A program made the translations under genes and the position numbers. Under the pieces are notes generated by a model. The model searched no databases. It was not told the origin of the DNA and was given only the letters and a program-made list of their open reading frames with translations. Positions 37,911 to 48,064 of a stretch of 64,000 bases of DNA are shown here, piece after piece (the stretch's first letter is position 1; each line of letters opens with the position of its first letter). This DNA comes from Vitreimonas sp. (GTDB lineage: Bacteria; Patescibacteriota; Microgenomatia; UBA1400; PJMF01), in the NCBI GenBank assembly GCA_035627515.1, contig DASPLQ010000012.1, positions 970,331 to 1,034,330 on the forward strand, given 5' to 3'.

Positions 37911-37919
37911 TGGTATAAT
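37911..37919 (+). promoter_or_regulatory. Extended -10 element TGGTATAAT upstream of the receiver gene, giving a near-leaderless transcript
   Basis: TGnTATAAT lies 14 nt before the ATG at 37934. Confidence 0.35.
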
Positions 37920-37933
37920 TTGGTCATCCACTT

Positions 37934-38302
37934 ATGACCGCAGCTCCTAAACACATTTTTATTTGTGAAGATGACGAAGGTATTATCGAAGTTACCAAGA
38001 CTATCCTAGAAGAAAAAGGGTATATAGTGGAAACGTGTAGCAGCTGTACTCAGATTTTTGAAAAGCTAGAAAAAGTAAAACCAGACTTACTATTAATTGA
38101 TCTATGGATGCCGCAGATTGGCGGTGCCGAAATCACAAAGAAACTCAAAGCGGACCCCAAAACAAAAAAGATTCCGGTCATTATTTTGTCAGCCAATAAA
38201 GATACAGAAAACGTGGCTAAAAGTGTAGGCGCTGATGATTTTATTCAAAAACCATTTGATATTGATGTGTTGGAAGAAAAAGTGGAGAAGTTTGTTTCTT
38301 AA
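37934..38302 (+). CDS. Single-domain response regulator (CheY-like receiver)
   Basis: EDDEG acidic pocket. Phospho-acceptor LLLIDLWMP. ILSA and K(109) positions are conserved. Confidence 0.7.
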   Translation: MTAAPKHIFICEDDEGIIEVTKTILEEKGYIVETCSSCTQIFEKLEKVKPDLLLIDLWMPQIGGAEITKKLKADPKTKKIPVIILSANKDTENVAKSVGADDFIQKPFDIDVLEEKVEKFVS

Positions 38303-38329
38303 TTCCCTGTGTGAAAATAGTATGTTGTG

Positions 38330-38400
38330 ATCCCAGGCTAGGGTTCGAACCTAGAATAACAGGGTCAGAACCTGTTGTGATGCCATTTCACTACCTGGGA
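38330..38400 (-). tRNA. tRNA-Gln (anticodon CUG), 71 nt, CCA not encoded
   Basis: Manual fold of the reverse complement: acceptor stem TCCCAGG/CCTGGGA, D-arm GTGA-AATGGCA-TCAC, anticodon stem ACAGG/CCTGT with loop TTCTGAC, T-arm CTAGG-TTCGAAC-CCTAG, discriminator T. Confidence 0.8.
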
Positions 38401-38522
38401 GTAGGAATTAAGAACTTTTTAAGAATCGATCACGCTTGGTGATTAAGAAGTGAAGTATATCAAATTTTCCTCTGAAGCTCACGTCTTGTTTTTAAAACTG
38501 ACTCTTCTATTATCGTCACACG

Positions 38523-39203
38523 ATGATTCCTATTTTAATCGTGGAAAATGATCTGTTTTTGGCGCAGGCGCTGGCAAACGCCCTGCCTAAGCAGCGGTTT
38601 GCCGTCACATGTGTAGCGACTTTATATGACGCAAAACGCTATATCAAGAAAAAGGAGTTTGATGTCGTGGTGGTAGATCGTATTTTAAATGATGGTGATG
38701 GTTTAAATTTACTTCATACAATCACCTTTCACCGTCCAACTACTAAAGTTATTATTTTAACTACGCGCGGCTTACAGGAGGAAAAAGTAGCTGGCCTCAC
38801 TCAGGGTGTGGATGATTATTTATCTAAACCCTTGAGCTTAGTCGAGTTCAGATTGAGGATAGAAAAATGGACCACTTTAAACAAGACGCAGCCTGTTGAT
38901 TATCGACAAGTGCAAGATGTTAAATTGTTCCCTCATTCTGGCGAACTAATTGTGGGGGAAAAGACTAGAACGATTCGTCGTAAGGAAATGCAAATTTTAG
39001 ATTGTTTATTCCGGCATAAAAACCGGACTGTGAGTCGTGAAATGTTAATTGATTTTGTCTGGCAAGGCGAACAAGATATTCCCACCTATACTACTATTGA
39101 TGTTTATTTGCGGAGAATAAGATTACTACTTGGAGATCGTGGATCATTAATCAAAACTGTCAGGGGTTATGGCTATATGGCTGAGGAAGCAGCGGGATCT
39201 TGA
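38523..39203 (+). CDS. OmpR-family response regulator (receiver plus winged-helix trans_reg_C domain)
   Basis: Phospho-acceptor VVVVDRIL. T and K positions present. C-terminal winged-helix RELLIDFVWQ...TIDVYLRRIR. Confidence 0.7.
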   Translation: MIPILIVENDLFLAQALANALPKQRFAVTCVATLYDAKRYIKKKEFDVVVVDRILNDGDGLNLLHTITFHRPTTKVIILTTRGLQEEKVAGLTQGVDDYLSKPLSLVEFRLRIEKWTTLNKTQPVDYRQVQDVKLFPHSGELIVGEKTRTIRRKEMQILDCLFRHKNRTVSREMLIDFVWQGEQDIPTYTTIDVYLRRIRLLLGDRGSLIKTVRGYGYMAEEAAGS

Positions 39204-39819
39204 GAGTAACAGTAGTTCCTTTGTGCAAGACAGGGGAGATCATCATTTTTCCGCCAAAGTGAGTTTCAATTATACTTTTGACAAAGCGTAGTCCCAACCC
39301 AGGTCTTTTTTTCAACGTATCAAAGTAGGGGTATTTGAAGACTACTCGTGCCCACCAGCTGATGCCGTGTCCGCCATCAATGACCCGGAGTACTAACTGG
39401 CCTTCGTCGATGTGAGCTGTCAGGTAAATTAATTTGTTAGTAGCATGATCTTCATACGCTTGGGCAGCGTTTTTTAACACACACAAGAGGCTTTCTTGAA
39501 AGTGATACTTATTGCCAATGAGCATACCCGTGTCGGGAATTTTAAGTGATGATAAGAAAACGTGAGTGGCATATGGTCTTTTAAACATGATAATCACTTC
39601 ATGTAGGGCTTGTAAGATATTAAAGGCTTGGTACTGAGTGGAAGTAGTCAATGCTTGTAAATGCCGCGCACTGACTAATGCTTCTCTGAGCAAAAAGCTG
39701 TGCTGAGAGTGAGCTAAGTGTTCCAGAGCTAGTTCTAAATTGATTAATATACTCGATAAGGGCGTGCTAACAGCATGCAAAAAAAGTTTAGATTGGAAGG
39801 ATGGCTCAGAAGTACGCAT
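39160..39819 (-). CDS. Minimal cytoplasmic histidine kinase (HisKA plus HATPase_c, with no sensor or transmembrane region)
   Basis: H-box FLHAVSTPLSSI. N-box LLCVLKNAAQAY. G1 VIDGGHGI. G2 GLGLRFVKSI. Its 3' end overlaps the convergent response-regulator gene by 44 nt. Confidence 0.55.
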   Translation of the reverse strand: MRTSEPSFQSKLFLHAVSTPLSSILINLELALEHLAHSQHSFLLREALVSARHLQALTTSTQYQAFNILQALHEVIIMFKRPYATHVFLSSLKIPDTGMLIGNKYHFQESLLCVLKNAAQAYEDHATNKLIYLTAHIDEGQLVLRVIDGGHGISWWARVVFKYPYFDTLKKRPGLGLRFVKSIIETHFGGKMMISPVLHKGTTVTLKIPLLPQPYSHNP

Positions 39820-39882
39820 ACGCGACAGACACGAGTAAATGGCTTGTAGAGTATCGTACTGTTATTAAAAATTCTTTAAATT

Positions 39883-41523
39883 TTAAGGTGAGTTTGAAGT
39901 AACTTCACCTGAAGGTGTACTTTGATGAGCTAACTCTGTGATATCCCAGACTTGTAAACACGGAGCTTGATTGGGTCGGCAGATGTTTAGCAAGCGCTGC
40001 GAGGGATCTAGTTTTAGATCCAAACGATGGGAGTTAACGACTAATAACACTTGATCAAATTGGCGGGCGCGCTGTTTGAAATTTTCCGGAATGAAGCGCA
40101 CTGGTTGCCCGATACCATCAATAAAAATATTACTTACGTCACGACGATGAAAATACAAGGTCAAACCATCTGGTAAAGTTCCAAAGTAACCTTCCGTAGC
40201 AACAGCTACGGTGTGATCCTGAGATAACGACCGAATTAAAGCCGCGGTTTCTAGTAAACCGTGTCCTGAAGACCATTCATGGAGATATTGAACTTTGTCA
40301 GCTGCCACAAAGGGGGTGGCGTTGGAACTGAAGAGTGCAGGTAACATGAAGTAAAGTGAGGTCATGACCACTTGAGTACACAAGACAGTGACTAGTAATC
40401 CCCCGACTGCTTTTCGAGCAATGTTTCGTGGCTGATTAATGAAACTATCAACAAGGTCTTGAAAGGCTAGTGCGCCAGCCAAAGTAAAAAATAAACTTAC
40501 TGGCATAAAATAGCGGGGATAAACAACTTTACCTAAAAGGGCAATCGGCAAGATAAATGACAGAGCAGACCAAAACAGTAAATGATAGGTTTTTTGGTGA
40601 CGCTTAATAAACAGCCCCGCGACGCTTAATAACAACAGACTAACGCTCAAGTAATGGTAAAAGTATGAAATATAGGTGGAAAAATTGGTGATGGTTTGTT
40701 GCCATTTACCATCAAACACCACTTCTCGCCAAGGATAAAGAAAATCACTGCCACGACTAAATAATTGACTGAAGACGGGAGAAATTTTAAGTGAGGCAAA
40801 AATGACAATGCCTATGCCGGCTGCCACCATCATTTTGGCTAAGAGTACGAGGCGGCTCGACCACGATACTTTCTCTGCCCACCCCGCCCACAATACAAAG
40901 AGTGGTGCAAATAAAATAGCTGGAACCTTGGTCCACAGGCTGAAACCAAAACACACACCAGTCATCGCTATCCAGCCTATGCTGATTCGATCAAAAGTGG
41001 CCACAATAACCTGGACGCTTTTTTTAGACAATGATAATGCTACTGAAGCATGGTGTCCCTGATGGTGATCAGCTAATTTAATCAGACCTACTAAAAGTAA
41101 GCTTAACCAGAGCGTCAATAACCCATCGATGAGGGCCATCCGGTGATGGAAAAACCAGAAAGGCAATATCACAGTGAAGATCATGCCTAGCAGTTGGGTT
41201 TTAGGGCGAGCTTGGAGCAATGATAACAAATATCCCATCACCCCCACCTGCAGAAGGCCAACAGCTACTGAAACAAAACGAGCAGCCCACAATTGATCAG
41301 CAAAGAGATACTGAAAAGGAATTAACAACCACATGAATAATGGTGTTTTGCCATCATTCATTGGGAAAAATAAGTAACGTTGCCAGTCATCAATAATCAG
41401 TTGAGACCAGCGAATATAAATGGCTTCATCAGCAAAGACAGGTAAAGCAGTAAGGTTAATGAGGTGTGTCACTAGATAAATGACAGCAATTAACCCAAAG
41501 ATAGACAGAGAGGCTCTTTTCAC
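39883..41523 (-). CDS. GT-C membrane glycosyltransferase, ArnT/PMT-like (GT39/GT83 family)
   Basis: About 11 transmembrane helices and a C-terminal soluble domain. First-loop DE motif LPVFADEAIYIRW. Confidence 0.6.
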   Translation of the reverse strand: MKRASLSIFGLIAVIYLVTHLINLTALPVFADEAIYIRWSQLIIDDWQRYLFFPMNDGKTPLFMWLLIPFQYLFADQLWAARFVSVAVGLLQVGVMGYLLSLLQARPKTQLLGMIFTVILPFWFFHHRMALIDGLLTLWLSLLLVGLIKLADHHQGHHASVALSLSKKSVQVIVATFDRISIGWIAMTGVCFGFSLWTKVPAILFAPLFVLWAGWAEKVSWSSRLVLLAKMMVAAGIGIVIFASLKISPVFSQLFSRGSDFLYPWREVVFDGKWQQTITNFSTYISYFYHYLSVSLLLLSVAGLFIKRHQKTYHLLFWSALSFILPIALLGKVVYPRYFMPVSLFFTLAGALAFQDLVDSFINQPRNIARKAVGGLLVTVLCTQVVMTSLYFMLPALFSSNATPFVAADKVQYLHEWSSGHGLLETAALIRSLSQDHTVAVATEGYFGTLPDGLTLYFHRRDVSNIFIDGIGQPVRFIPENFKQRARQFDQVLLVVNSHRLDLKLDPSQRLLNICRPNQAPCLQVWDITELAHQSTPSGEVTSNSP

Positions 41524-41581
41524 GGTTATTATTGTACAAGAAGTTGGGTCCAGAAGCGAATTTAATGCTATGATTTAACTC

Positions 41582-43282
41582 ATGTCAAAGCGTGCATGGT
41601 GGATTAGCATTATTTTTATTCTGTGCCTCAGTCTTAGCATCCGTTTTTATCACTTAGGGCAAGTTCCCGTGGGACTGTATTGGGATGAGATAGCGATGTT
41701 GACCGATGCTAAATCGGTTGCCGAGTCCGGTCTCGATATGCATGGCAGGCCCTGGTTTCAAGTGTTATATCCCTCCTATGGTGATTACAAATTGCCGGTT
41801 TATATTTGGTTAGCCAGTCTGATGGTAAAGATATTTGGCATTAGTGAATGGGCACTGCGCCTACCCAGTGCTGTCGCCGGGGTAGCCACGGTAGCACTCG
41901 GTGGTCTCTTGATGCATGAAATCTGGAAATGGTCAGCACACTCTAAACAGACACGTTCGTATGCACCGCTATTTGCCATGCTGATTACGGCTTTAGCGCC
42001 CTGGGCCATTATGTTTTCTCGTACGGGCTTTGAAGGTCATCTGGGACAAGCCCTGTTAGGGTTATCTATCTGGGTAGCTATGAAAGCTACCACAGCTAAA
42101 CAACCCTGGTGGTGGTTACTCGGCTCAGCAGTCCTTGGGGCATTAGCTACCTACACCTACTTTTCAGTGCGTTTTGTCTGGCCGGTAGTAGTGATAGCCA
42201 CTCAACTGTTGGGTAATGAGCATTTATTTACGAAACGGTCAGTTAAAGTTTTATTATCACTAGTGGCAAAAGTGTTCCTTCCGTTACTGGTTTTTGCCGT
42301 GTTGCTATGGCCGATGCTGCGCTCACCTTTATATGCCGATAGCAATCGCTTTCGTTTAGGCACGGATTCGGTTTTAAAAACCGATACCACAATTCACACT
42401 GGCAATTTCTATAAAGAATTAAGTGGCAATAGTATTGTTGATCGACTACTTTTTCATCGGGGAGTATTTATTCTTCAGGCCTTAGCTGATAACTATAGTG
42501 ATAACGTCAGTGATAGCTTTAAATTTATTGTCGGTGACCCTAATTTACGACATGGAACCGGAGAACATGGTCTGTTTTATGGAGTGTGGCTGTTGTTTTT
42601 TGTGGTGGGGTGTTACGCTCTCGCTCGTGATAACAAACGAGGTTTATTGTTGTTGATCGGATGGTGGGTGATAGCTTTGCTTCCGGCTTCAGTTCCAGAA
42701 AACACCCCGCATGCTTTACGGTCGCTCAACGCTTTACTGCCCTTAGTGATTATTTTAGGCAGTGGGGCGATGGAGAGTTGGCAAGGTTTATTAAAGTTTA
42801 AAGTATTAAGTTCAAAATTTAATGATGTAGTCTTAACGTCTCTTTTTGTGCTGTTGTTTTTTGTGGTGCCGAGCGCGTCCTTTTTAGCTCATTACTTCAC
42901 GCAGTACCCCCAAGATTCTGCCACAGCCTGGCAAGATCAGTATAAAGAATTAGCTGTTAAGTTATTTGAGATCAAACGTGATCGTCCGGTGTACGTGTTG
43001 AAATTTGATGATCGGTTTTATTTATGGCTGATGGCCTATGGTCCTTACACAGCACGAGATTTTCATACGTGGAAAAGTGACAATTATCAATTCCGAGAAC
43101 TCGACACTTTTTATTTTGATGTCTATCCGACTATGAGGAGTGAGACACGCTTAGTAGTAGGTGAGGTGGGAAGAATGAGCGAGCTCGAAGAAAAATCAAA
43201 TTTAGTGCTCAAACGCGAAGCGGTGATTTATGATCATGAGGGTCAGCCAAAGTTTATCATTGCTAGTGTTGAGGGATCATGA
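41582..43282 (+). CDS. GT-C membrane glycosyltransferase, ArnT/PMT-like; paralog
   Basis: DE motif GLYWDEIAMLTDA. Polytopic with a C-terminal soluble domain. Confidence 0.6.
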   Translation: MSKRAWWISIIFILCLSLSIRFYHLGQVPVGLYWDEIAMLTDAKSVAESGLDMHGRPWFQVLYPSYGDYKLPVYIWLASLMVKIFGISEWALRLPSAVAGVATVALGGLLMHEIWKWSAHSKQTRSYAPLFAMLITALAPWAIMFSRTGFEGHLGQALLGLSIWVAMKATTAKQPWWWLLGSAVLGALATYTYFSVRFVWPVVVIATQLLGNEHLFTKRSVKVLLSLVAKVFLPLLVFAVLLWPMLRSPLYADSNRFRLGTDSVLKTDTTIHTGNFYKELSGNSIVDRLLFHRGVFILQALADNYSDNVSDSFKFIVGDPNLRHGTGEHGLFYGVWLLFFVVGCYALARDNKRGLLLLIGWWVIALLPASVPENTPHALRSLNALLPLVIILGSGAMESWQGLLKFKVLSSKFNDVVLTSLFVLLFFVVPSASFLAHYFTQYPQDSATAWQDQYKELAVKLFEIKRDRPVYVLKFDDRFYLWLMAYGPYTARDFHTWKSDNYQFRELDTFYFDVYPTMRSETRLVVGEVGRMSELEEKSNLVLKREAVIYDHEGQPKFIIASVEGS

Positions 43283-44913
43283 TGAAAAAGGTGATTAATA
43301 AATACCTAGTTGTAATTGGTTTAGTTTTTTTGATGGCTGCTGGCGCTGGAGTGCGATTTTTTCACTTGGCTACTAATCCAGTGATGTTAAATCGTGATGA
43401 GGCAGCTTTGGCTTATAACGCTTTTTTACTGAAAGAAGCTGGAGTAGACGAGTGGCAACAACCATGGCCATTGGCTTTACAATCATTTGGCGACTATAAG
43501 TTACCCGGATATATATGGTTAACAATTTTATCTTTTGCCGCTTTTGGATACAGTGATTGGGCAGTCAGAGTGCCCGCGGCAGTGGCCGGCACATTATTAA
43601 TTCTTGTCACTTACTGGTTGACTCGTCGCCTAAATTGGGAAAAACACTGGAGCATATTAGCTGCAGCATTGATTGCTTTTTTACCAGTATTTGTGTTTTA
43701 TTCTCGGATGGCTTGGGAAGCAAATGTCAGCCTCCTGCTGACCGTGTTGAGTTTGGGGTTAATTTGGTTTCAGCCTGATAAACGTCTGCATTCTCATCGT
43801 GAAGATTTGGTAGGGACAGGAATTTTATTGTGGTCTGTTTTTACCTATAATACGCCCTTTTTATTGTTACCTTTTTTGATTGTCATTTTGCCATTGCGGC
43901 GAGGTTGGAAACAGCTCGATCGTTGGTTGTGGGTGGTCATGGGATTACTGATTGTCTTTGCTTTAGCTGCAGTTGTTCAATTACCCATTAGTACTCAGAA
44001 AAGTGGTATTACACTTTTCTCTGATCAAAATGTGTGGTTAGCTTCCGTAGAGTATCGCCAACAGTTTACAGGAGTAGCCCAAACGGTTTTAGGTAATAAG
44101 TATGTGTTCTTGGCTCAGTTATTAGCACAAAAATGGTGGGGAAGCTTTAGTCCGCACTTTATGGTCATTAAGGGCGGAGATCATCCTTGGCATCAGTTGC
44201 CAGGATATGCTCACTTTTTCTGGGATAGTTATCTACTAAGCTTAATTGGGGTGGTGACATTGTTTGTGATGACTATTAAAAAAAGTTTGGCAACCTTTTC
44301 CCAAACATTCACTCTTTCTCAAGTTCAATTAAGCCAGGATGGCCTAAGTCTGTATTTATTATTGATTTCATTATTGCCGGCGATTATTACTGTCGATGCC
44401 CCTCATGCCACGCGCAGTTTGTTATTTTTCTTTTTATTAATCATTAATGGAGTGGCTGGAGCACGACACTTAATTAAAGTACTTGCTTCACCTGCTCGAG
44501 AAGGGCAACTATCTTTAGCGATCATTGTAGTATTTATCTTAAGTACTACTGTTCAATTCACCCAGTATTTTGCTCATTATTTGCAGGAGTATCCTCGCCA
44601 AAGTTATTTTAATTTTCAAGGGGGTTACCCAGAGTTAATCACTAAGCTTGACCAAGATTACCCTCACAAAGAAATCGCGATTGTGGATGGGCCAGGGTTT
44701 CAGTATGTGGTGACTGCTTGGTACTTAAAAACGTCACCTCAGGAATTTTTTGATACAATAATTCGCCAGCAGCCAGATAAATTAGGTTTTCGTTATGGAC
44801 AGCAGCTTCAGCAATTTCATTTTATTGCTGATGACGATGATCGTAGTGACAAAGAAGGAATCGTAGTGGAGTGGAATCGTGATAACTCTGAATGGATTGT
44901 GAAGGAGTATTAA
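43279..44913 (+). CDS. GT-C membrane glycosyltransferase, ArnT/PMT-like; paralog
   Basis: ATGA overlap with the upstream gene. DE motif VMLNRDEAALAYNA. Confidence 0.6.
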   Translation: MMKKVINKYLVVIGLVFLMAAGAGVRFFHLATNPVMLNRDEAALAYNAFLLKEAGVDEWQQPWPLALQSFGDYKLPGYIWLTILSFAAFGYSDWAVRVPAAVAGTLLILVTYWLTRRLNWEKHWSILAAALIAFLPVFVFYSRMAWEANVSLLLTVLSLGLIWFQPDKRLHSHREDLVGTGILLWSVFTYNTPFLLLPFLIVILPLRRGWKQLDRWLWVVMGLLIVFALAAVVQLPISTQKSGITLFSDQNVWLASVEYRQQFTGVAQTVLGNKYVFLAQLLAQKWWGSFSPHFMVIKGGDHPWHQLPGYAHFFWDSYLLSLIGVVTLFVMTIKKSLATFSQTFTLSQVQLSQDGLSLYLLLISLLPAIITVDAPHATRSLLFFFLLIINGVAGARHLIKVLASPAREGQLSLAIIVVFILSTTVQFTQYFAHYLQEYPRQSYFNFQGGYPELITKLDQDYPHKEIAIVDGPGFQYVVTAWYLKTSPQEFFDTIIRQQPDKLGFRYGQQLQQFHFIADDDDRSDKEGIVVEWNRDNSEWIVKEY

Positions 44914-44915
44914 CT

Positions 44916-45755
44916 ATGTGGTTATTTTTTGCTCTCTTAGCTGGTAGTTTTTACACCCTTTCTGGTCTAGCGACGCGGTACGTACTCAAAGGCAGTAAGG
45001 ATGCGTGGGCCTTCTCATTTTGGTTTAGCGCGGTGGGAGCTATAGTCAGCTTACCTTTTGCGCTTTATCAGCCCGTTTGGCAACCAAGTACTTTCAGCTG
45101 GGTACTAACGCTGGTGATGGGGGCATTGATCATGCTTCATAATTGGTTAAGCTTTCGGGCTAGCAATTACTTAACCGCTTCAGTCAGTGGAACGATCACA
45201 AAGTTGCGGCTAGTATGGGTCTTTTTGCTCGGTGTAGTTCTCACTCGTGAGCCGTTTTCATTCTTCACTTTAGTTGGTGTACTGCTGACTATAATGAGCA
45301 GTGCTGTCATCTTTGGGACCTTTCGAAAGCTATCAGTGGGTAAGGGCTTAAATCTAGCTGTGGCCGCGACAGTGGTTTACGCATGTATTGTGACCATCAA
45401 CAAAAGCCTTTTTACCAGTTTCAGTCCTGATATTGTTACCTTTTTCATTTTCTTTGTCCCAGCGGTGTTGAATTTACTATTAATGCCCAACTCAGTCAGT
45501 CGTGTCAGCGAGCTCCTCACTAGTGATCGACGCGGTGTGATGTTAGCTTGTGGAACCGGGGCTTTAGCCAACTTGGCCATGGTTCGAGCGTTTGCGTTGG
45601 GTCAAGTCACAGCCGTAGTCGTTATCATCGAAGCCTTTTTGTTAGTGACCTTGGTGGGTGAACACTTTTGGTTGAAGGAGCGCTCACAGGTTTTGGAGAA
45701 GGTTAGCGGTGTGATTCTAGCAGTGTTGGGAGCAATGTTAATTACTCTTAAGTAA
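44916..45755 (+). CDS. EamA/DMT-superfamily transporter
   Basis: Start MWLFF at 44916 with RBS GAAGGAG. Ten hydrophobic helices in two repeats. Confidence 0.5.
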   Translation: MWLFFALLAGSFYTLSGLATRYVLKGSKDAWAFSFWFSAVGAIVSLPFALYQPVWQPSTFSWVLTLVMGALIMLHNWLSFRASNYLTASVSGTITKLRLVWVFLLGVVLTREPFSFFTLVGVLLTIMSSAVIFGTFRKLSVGKGLNLAVAATVVYACIVTINKSLFTSFSPDIVTFFIFFVPAVLNLLLMPNSVSRVSELLTSDRRGVMLACGTGALANLAMVRAFALGQVTAVVVIIEAFLLVTLVGEHFWLKERSQVLEKVSGVILAVLGAMLITLK

Positions 45756-45769
45756 TAGTTGGGATAAAA

Positions 45770-46201
45770 ATGAGAACTCGAATTGTAGTAGTCGGCATCA
45801 TTAAGAATAAAGATAATAAATACTTGCTTTGTAAAATGGCGGAAGATCATGGTGTTTATCCAGGAGAGTGGGGATTAATTGGTGGGGGTGTCGATGAAGG
45901 TGAAGATATTAAGATGGCGTTAGTGCGGGAGATTAAAGAAGAAGCGGGTTTAAAAGTTTTAGAAATGAAGCCACTCTTTTTTGGAGAAGATCGTAAGGTT
46001 AAAAAGTTGCGTCAAGGTGGTGAAGAAGAACAGTATCTGATTTATTTACTATTTGAAGTTATAACCGAGGGAGAGGTCGTTCTCAATGACGAATGGGAAG
46101 AGTATCAATGGTTATCTGCCACAGAAATAGCTGAACTTAACTTGAATAACCAAACGCGTGCTAACCTCCAAAGATACGGGTTAATTAGCGCATCTAACTA
46201 G
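45770..46201 (+). CDS. NUDIX hydrolase
   Basis: Nudix box GGGVDEGEDIKMALVREIKEEAGL. Confidence 0.7.
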   Translation: MRTRIVVVGIIKNKDNKYLLCKMAEDHGVYPGEWGLIGGGVDEGEDIKMALVREIKEEAGLKVLEMKPLFFGEDRKVKKLRQGGEEEQYLIYLLFEVITEGEVVLNDEWEEYQWLSATEIAELNLNNQTRANLQRYGLISASN

Positions 46202-46217
46202 GTATAATGAAAGTACT

Positions 46218-47003
46218 ATGATCTCAGTTGTTTTAGCCACTCATAATGAAGCCAAAAATCTACCACGCTGTTTGGAGGCGGTAAAAGATTTCGCGGATGA
46301 GATTATCATCGTGGATGGTGAGTCAACCGATGAGACGGTGGCCATTGCCAAAACGTTCAAAGCCAAGGTTATCAAGACTACTAATAAAGCTAATTTTCAT
46401 ATCAATAAGCAAATGGCCATGGATGAGGCACGTGGCGAGTTAGTGCTGCAGCTTGATGCTGATGAAGTGGTTGATGATGATTTGGCACTTTTTATTCGTG
46501 ATCTCCACCATCATTTACGTGAAGATAATGATCACTATAACGCGTGGTTGATTAAACGCAAAAATTTATTTCTCGGGCGATTTTTATCTAAAGGTGGTCA
46601 ATACCCCGATCCCGTCATTCGTTTGTATCGGTCCGGCAAAGCTTGGCTGCCTCAAAAAGACGTTCATGAACAAATGCACGTCGAAGGGCAAACAGGTTGG
46701 GCTGAAGGTCATTTGACTCACTATGCCAACCCAACTTTCGAAGACTACATGCGCAAGTTTAATACCTATACCAGTTTTAAAGCCGTACAACTAGATGAGG
46801 CTAAGCTTTCAATTAATCTACTCACTGGCCTTCATTACTTGGTGTGGAAACCCTTTGCTACGTTGTTTATGATTTTTATTCGTCATAAAGGTTTCGTGGA
46901 TGGGGTACCCGGTTTTGTATTTGCATTGATGAGTGGCTTGCACCATGCCTTTGCATATTTGAAGTTATGGGAAATTCGGGAAAAACGTCGTTTAAAATTA
47001 TAA
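46218..47003 (+). CDS. Family 2 glycosyltransferase (polyprenyl-phosphate sugar transferase-like)
   Basis: ISVVLATHNEAKNLPRCL...IIVDGESTDET and a DAD motif (QLDADEV). Confidence 0.7.
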   Translation: MISVVLATHNEAKNLPRCLEAVKDFADEIIIVDGESTDETVAIAKTFKAKVIKTTNKANFHINKQMAMDEARGELVLQLDADEVVDDDLALFIRDLHHHLREDNDHYNAWLIKRKNLFLGRFLSKGGQYPDPVIRLYRSGKAWLPQKDVHEQMHVEGQTGWAEGHLTHYANPTFEDYMRKFNTYTSFKAVQLDEAKLSINLLTGLHYLVWKPFATLFMIFIRHKGFVDGVPGFVFALMSGLHHAFAYLKLWEIREKRRLKL

Positions 47004-47009
47004 GCACTT

Positions 47010-48062
47010 ATGTCAACAACTCCCTTACTCGTTAAACTCGACACCACTCCACTCGGCAATGACAATGCCATTCGGGGTGTAGGCATGTACACGCGGTTAC
47101 TTCACCAAGAGTTGTCACAGTTGCCAGATGTTCAACTCATCAGTTTGGGAGAATCACAAACACCCGATGTTATTCACTATCCTTTTTTTGATTTATTTTT
47201 TGCTACCTTGCCGTGGAGACACTCAGCTCCCACTGTCATCACCATTCATGACGTGATTCCGCTTAAATTTCCGGAGTTTTACCCGGTGGGTAAAAAAGGT
47301 CGAGTTCGCTATTGGCGCCAACGTTTTTTAGCCCAACGTGCCGACGCGATCATTACTGACTCAGAAGCCTCTAAAGCTGACATTGTCAAACATCTAGGTA
47401 TTAAATCGACCAAGGTACATGTAGTATATTTAGCCGCCAATCCCGAATTGAAAAAAGCTGATAAAAATGAAGTTAGCCGTGTCAAAAAAGCCTATCATTT
47501 GCCAGCACAGTATATTTTGTATGTTGGTGATATTAACTACAACAAAAACTTACCTCAATTAATTAAAGCGGTTAAGTATTTACCTGAAGACATTCATTTA
47601 GTGTGTGTGGGCAAAAATTTTTACCCCCATGAGATTCCTGAATGGCGCTGGATCGAAGCCCAAATCGCGATGAGTGAGGTTACTGATCGGGTTCATTTAA
47701 TTCCTGACATTGCTGGGGATGCTACCAAGGATTTAGCGGCCTTATATTCAGGCGCTGTGGCGTATGTTCAACCATCTCTTTACGAAGGGTTTGGTTTACC
47801 AATTTTGGAAGCCATGCAGTGCCGAGTCCCTGTAGTTTCCACCCACACCTCATCGCTGATTGAAGTAGGTAATGAGTACGTGGTCTTCACTACACCTACG
47901 GCGGAGTCATTGGCTGAAGGTGTGGAGGCAGTATTAAACTGGAGCGAAACAAAGCGCCAGCAGGTGATTCGCGCTGCGTTTGAGTGGAGCCAAAGCTTTA
48001 CTTGGCAAAAAACAGCTCAGGAAACGCTGGGTATTTATCGTCAGGTTTTAAATAAAAAGTAA
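47010..48062 (+). CDS. Family 4 (GT-B) glycosyltransferase
   Basis: C-terminal E-x7-E region YEGFGLPILEAMQCRVPVVST. Confidence 0.7.
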   Translation: MSTTPLLVKLDTTPLGNDNAIRGVGMYTRLLHQELSQLPDVQLISLGESQTPDVIHYPFFDLFFATLPWRHSAPTVITIHDVIPLKFPEFYPVGKKGRVRYWRQRFLAQRADAIITDSEASKADIVKHLGIKSTKVHVVYLAANPELKKADKNEVSRVKKAYHLPAQYILYVGDINYNKNLPQLIKAVKYLPEDIHLVCVGKNFYPHEIPEWRWIEAQIAMSEVTDRVHLIPDIAGDATKDLAALYSGAVAYVQPSLYEGFGLPILEAMQCRVPVVSTHTSSLIEVGNEYVVFTTPTAESLAEGVEAVLNWSETKRQQVIRAAFEWSQSFTWQKTAQETLGIYRQVLNKK

Positions 48063-48064
48063 TT

